Shown here piece by piece: positions 6,599-9,889 of a DNA stretch of 9,889 nt. Numbering within the stretch: the first letter of the stretch is position 1; each line of letters opens with the position of its first letter. The notes beneath the pieces were generated by a model. That model had not been told where the DNA came from. It searched no databases and saw only the letters and a list, made by a program, of their open reading frames with translations. The position numbers and the translations under genes were made by a program. The stretch is from Octopus sinensis (Eukaryota), in assembly GCF_006345805.1 (NCBI RefSeq), contig NW_021827790.1, positions 1 through 9,889 of the forward strand, in the 5' to 3' direction.

Positions 6599-6769
6599 AT
6601 GCGACTGCGTATAATTGAATAGTGATGTGACTACAGCAATTAGTAGCGATTCCAGGAATGTTTCGGTTTATAATCACATTATCTTTAACTAACATTGATT
6701 CTGCCTTCATATACACCAACCCCAAACATATATACTCGTTCTCTTCTAAACCCATACGTGCGTTTGTTT

Positions 6770-6886
6770 ATATATATATATAATATATGTATGTATAGTA
6801 TGTATATATATCAATATATATATATATATATACATATATATATGATATGTATATATATACATGTATATATATATATATATATATAG

Positions 6887-6918
<32 letters not shown>

Positions 6919-7005
6919 TGACACACACACACATATAAAGATAAATTAAATACAGAGATACTATTGACAATCCATTTGAAGTATTTTTTCCTCAGTTTGT
7001 TACTT

Positions 7006-7036
<31 letters not shown>

Positions 7037-7145
7037 GTGTGTGGTGTGTGTGTGTATGTATAATTATATATATATATATTATATATATATTATATATATA
7101 TATATATTTATACATATACGCATATATGTATGATGTATGTATGTG
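6770..7145. repeat. Two (TA)n-rich compound microsatellite blocks (6770-6936, 7005-7145)
   Basis: Directly visible. Confidence 0.92.
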
Positions 7146-7200
7146 ATACAGACGTCTTCCTGGCATACGTTCGTACAAATATACGCACATTTGCTTATAG

Positions 7201-7294
7201 ATTCAAGAGTATCTGATCTCGTTTGCCACCGACAAACTCTGTTTAGTCGTGTTCTTACAAACACATTCACGCTCAAATCCAAATATTTAAAGCC
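7201..7294 (+). CDS. Candidate internal exon, phase 1-2 ((D)SRVSDLVCHRQTLFSRVLTNTFTLKSKYLK(P))
   Basis: Acceptor TTTGCTTATAG (7199-7200), donor GTGAGT (7295-7300). Only one frame is open, and it is the one expected from the phase-1 end of 5764-5830. Confidence 0.4.
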
Positions 7295-7496
7295 GTGAGT
7301 ATACATGACTGTACGCGTGTGTATTTGTAGTTGTGTTTGTGCGTGTGGATGTCCTTGTTATGGCATACTACATCACATAAAAAGCTGCGTCTTTTCGGTA
7401 TATAAAATTTACTTAGTCACATCAGCACTCTATATTCCATCCGCATAGCTTGAAGAGTGCTAAGTAACTATGCTTACAATTACAACCCTACCCGAC

Positions 7497-7532
7497 ACAC
7501 ACGTACATACATACATACATACATACATACAT
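7497..7532. repeat. (TACA)n tetranucleotide repeat
   Basis: Directly visible. Confidence 0.9.
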
Positions 7533-7591
7533 TTTTGTATATAAATAAAAGAGGCAGGCAACAGGTTGCTTAGTCACATACAAAAAAAAAA

Positions 7592-7942
7592 CGGTTGATC
7601 CGAATCAAACGGAGCAGCCTGCTCGTGAAATTAACGTGTAAGTGGCTGAGCACTCCACAGACACGTGTACCCTTAACGTAGTTCTCGGGGATATTTAGCG
7701 TGATACAGAGAGTGACAAGGCCGGCCCTTTGAAATACAGGTACAACAGAAACAGGAAGTAAGAGTGAGAGAAAGTTGTGGTGACAGAGTACAGCAGGGAT
7801 CACCACCATCCCCTGCCGGAGCCTCGTGGAGCTTTAGGTGTTTTCGCTCAATAAACACTCACAACGCCCGGTCTGGGAATCGAAACCGCGATCCTAAGAC
7901 CACGAGTCTGCTGCCCTAACCACTGGGCCATTGCGTTCCACA
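7592..7942 (-). mobile_element. Young tRNA-derived SINE, 3'-truncated, same family as 8338-8724
   Basis: Reverse complement aligns end-to-end with 8337-8690 with roughly two dozen differences by eye; intact A box TGGCCCAGTGG and B box GGTTTCGATTCCC. Confidence 0.96.
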
Positions 7943-8337
7943 AAATTAGAAATAACAGTCAAAGACTGTTTATTTCTATTTTCTAGAAATGAGACTTCAC
8001 ATACGACATATCCCTGTAATTCACATATGCAAAACAGATGGCAGAAATAACGAAAGCAAAGTCTAATGGTTATTTACGAACACGTTTCTAGATTAGGAAT
8101 ATAAACTCCATGTCTTTCATCAGCGTAAACCTCCACTAAAATAGATTTCTCAAATGCTACGTACCTCTACTTCCCGATCAGGGGACATCGGAATAGTGGA
8201 AGAAATCAAGCATAGGCCAAACCTATATAGACGATTGAATCCGCAATTTTCCCTCCAAAATTTTACCATGCGTATTACAAAAATAGTTCCTTAGAGATAG
8301 AACTATGGGTTGTCATTACATATGTATCCTTACTGAT

Positions 8338-8724
8338 GTGGAGGCGCAATGGCCCAGTGGTTAGGGCAGCGGACTCGCGGTCATAGGATCGCGGTTTCGA
8401 TTCCCAGACCGGCTTTGTGAGTGTTTATTGAGCGAAAAACACCTAAAGCTCCACGAGGCTCCGGCAGGAGATGGTGGAGTGATCCCTGCTGTACTCTTTC
8501 ACCACAACTTCTCTCACTCTTACTTCCTGTTTCTGGTTGTACCTGTATTTCAAGGAGCCCGGCTTTGTCACTCTCTGTGTCACGCTGAATATCCCGAGAA
8601 CCACGTTAAGGGTACACGTGTCTGTGGAGTGCTCAGCCACTTACACGTTAATTTCACGAGCAGGCTGTTCCGTTGATTCGGATCAACCGGAACCCTCATC
8701 GTCGTAACCGACGGAGTGCCTCCA
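8338..8724 (+). mobile_element. Full-length young tRNA-derived SINE with a 12-bp target-site duplication
   Basis: A box TGGCCCAGTGG (8350-8360), B box GGTTTCGATTCCC (8393-8405), tRNA-Arg-like GGACTCGCGGTC arm; ATCCTTACTGAT at 8326-8337 and 8725-8736. Confidence 0.97.
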
Positions 8725-8881
8725 ATCCTTACTGATAGCAATATAAATACTTAATTAAACTGATCTTTACATATTATAGTAATACTTCATATGTTCTGTC
8801 TTTGCATAAGTGGTGGATAGTGAAAACTCTTAAGAACGGTGACACACTGAATAGCATTTCGAGATTTTGTAATCTTCGTAG

Positions 8882-8956
8882 AAACAACAAAATGAAAGTT
8901 TTTTTTTTTTCATGCGCATTTTTCTCTCTTTGTCTCTTTGTACCTCGGCTGACGTG
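8882..8956 (+). CDS. Candidate 75-nt exon with CAAAATG start and hydrophobic segment (MKVFFFSCAFFSLCLFVPRLT-W/C)
   Basis: Acceptor TTTTGTAATCTTCGTAG (8880-8881), ATG 8892, donor TG|GTAAGA (8957); in frame with 7201-7294. Caveat: the T12 run makes hydrophobic codons trivially likely. Confidence 0.35.
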
Positions 8957-9197
8957 GTAAGAAGTTTCTGAAACATTTAGAGTTCCTGGAAAGTTGCTCT
9001 AATGTCCGATGGTACATCCTTGCTGCGGGGATATTAGAGATGTATTATCTCCACTTATATCACACGAGCAGTGTTAAGCGCTCCCAAAATATTTCTGATT
9101 GTTGGATGATGCTCACCGTGAAAAAATATCTCAATTAGACAAATTAAGGAGCATCTGGCATGTTCATGTGTCTATGTGTCTCTAGTTACACAACATG

Positions 9198-9385
9198 CAT
9201 ATATATATATATATATATATAGATATATATTATATATAATATACATATTATATATATATACATATATATATTTATATACATACATATAATATGACATACA
9301 TATTATATATATATATACATACATATATATTATATAATATATACATATATATACATACATATATATATATATATATTATACATAC

Positions 9386-9424
<39 letters not shown>

Positions 9425-9472
9425 ATTAATTATTATATATATATATAATAATAATAATTATTATTATTATTA
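9198..9472. repeat. (TA)n with TAA/TTA trinucleotide tail
   Basis: Directly visible. Confidence 0.93.
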
Positions 9473-9728
9473 TTTGAGAAGATAAAACCAAACTTACAGG
9501 GTAAAAATATCAATTTAGAGATACTAAATCAAAATTCACACTATATAATATATATATAATAAAAAATTAGAAAAACACACACCTTTTATCAATTCAAAAT
9601 GAACAATTAAATTACACACCATCTAAAAAATTACATATAATAGAAATATAAAAATAAAATAACAATAAAATATCAATGTTTAAGTAAATTGCAAAAAAAA
9701 AATAAAAACGTATATAATTGGTAGAATG

Positions 9729-9821
9729 ATATATATATATATATATATACTATATATATATATATATAATATATAATAATATATATATAATATTATATAT
9801 ATACATACATACATATACATA
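9729..9821. repeat. (TA)n/(TACA)n microsatellite
   Basis: Directly visible. Confidence 0.92.
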
Positions 9822-9889
9822 TAGCTTCTCCGGTATAGTTCAGGTTCTGGCTAAACAAACTAGTAAGAGGTAACAAGGAATGCTTAGGG

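Noticed and set aside
6474-6755. 93-aa minus-strand ORF MGLEENEYICLGLVYMKAES..
   Set aside because: C-terminal half is CA-repeat translation; no domain recognised; no splice support.
8166-8223. Minus-strand 58-nt AG..GT segment with one open frame inside the inverted-SINE loop
   Set aside because: Weak acceptor and no minus-strand gene context upstream of the promoter; consistent with chance.
8945-8966. CGGCTGACGTGGTAAGAAGTTT resembling a SINE A-box start
   Set aside because: Only about 20 bp with no downstream family sequence; better explained as the donor of the candidate exon or chance.

Overview
AT-rich, microsatellite- and SINE-dense eukaryotic DNA. It is most likely from an octopus (coleoid cephalopod), inferred from SINEs that I recall resembling the octopus OK/OR1/OR2 families; those names are unverified. 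All long ORFs in the supplied track are microsatellite artefacts. The window contains about 12 SINE copies or fragments from roughly four modular tRNA-derived families, clustered at 936-3682 and 7592-8724. A SINE-free unique core at about 3690-5590 looks like a compact bidirectional promoter. On the minus strand it carries a YY1-type AAGATGGCGGC motif whose ATG leads into a 19-nt coding segment, a 52-nt candidate mini-intron and a 17-nt microexon ending ATG-ACT|GTAAGT (MAAVLEKPCKMT). On the plus strand there is a CAA-rich candidate first exon and three downstream candidate exons (5764-5830, 7201-7294, 8882-8956) that join into one open frame ending in a hydrophobic, signal- or TM-like segment. 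Two roughly 90-95% identical SINEs lie head-to-head 0.4 kb apart and would form a long dsRNA hairpin in any read-through transcript. No gene can be named, and all exon models are by-eye predictions that need RNA evidence.
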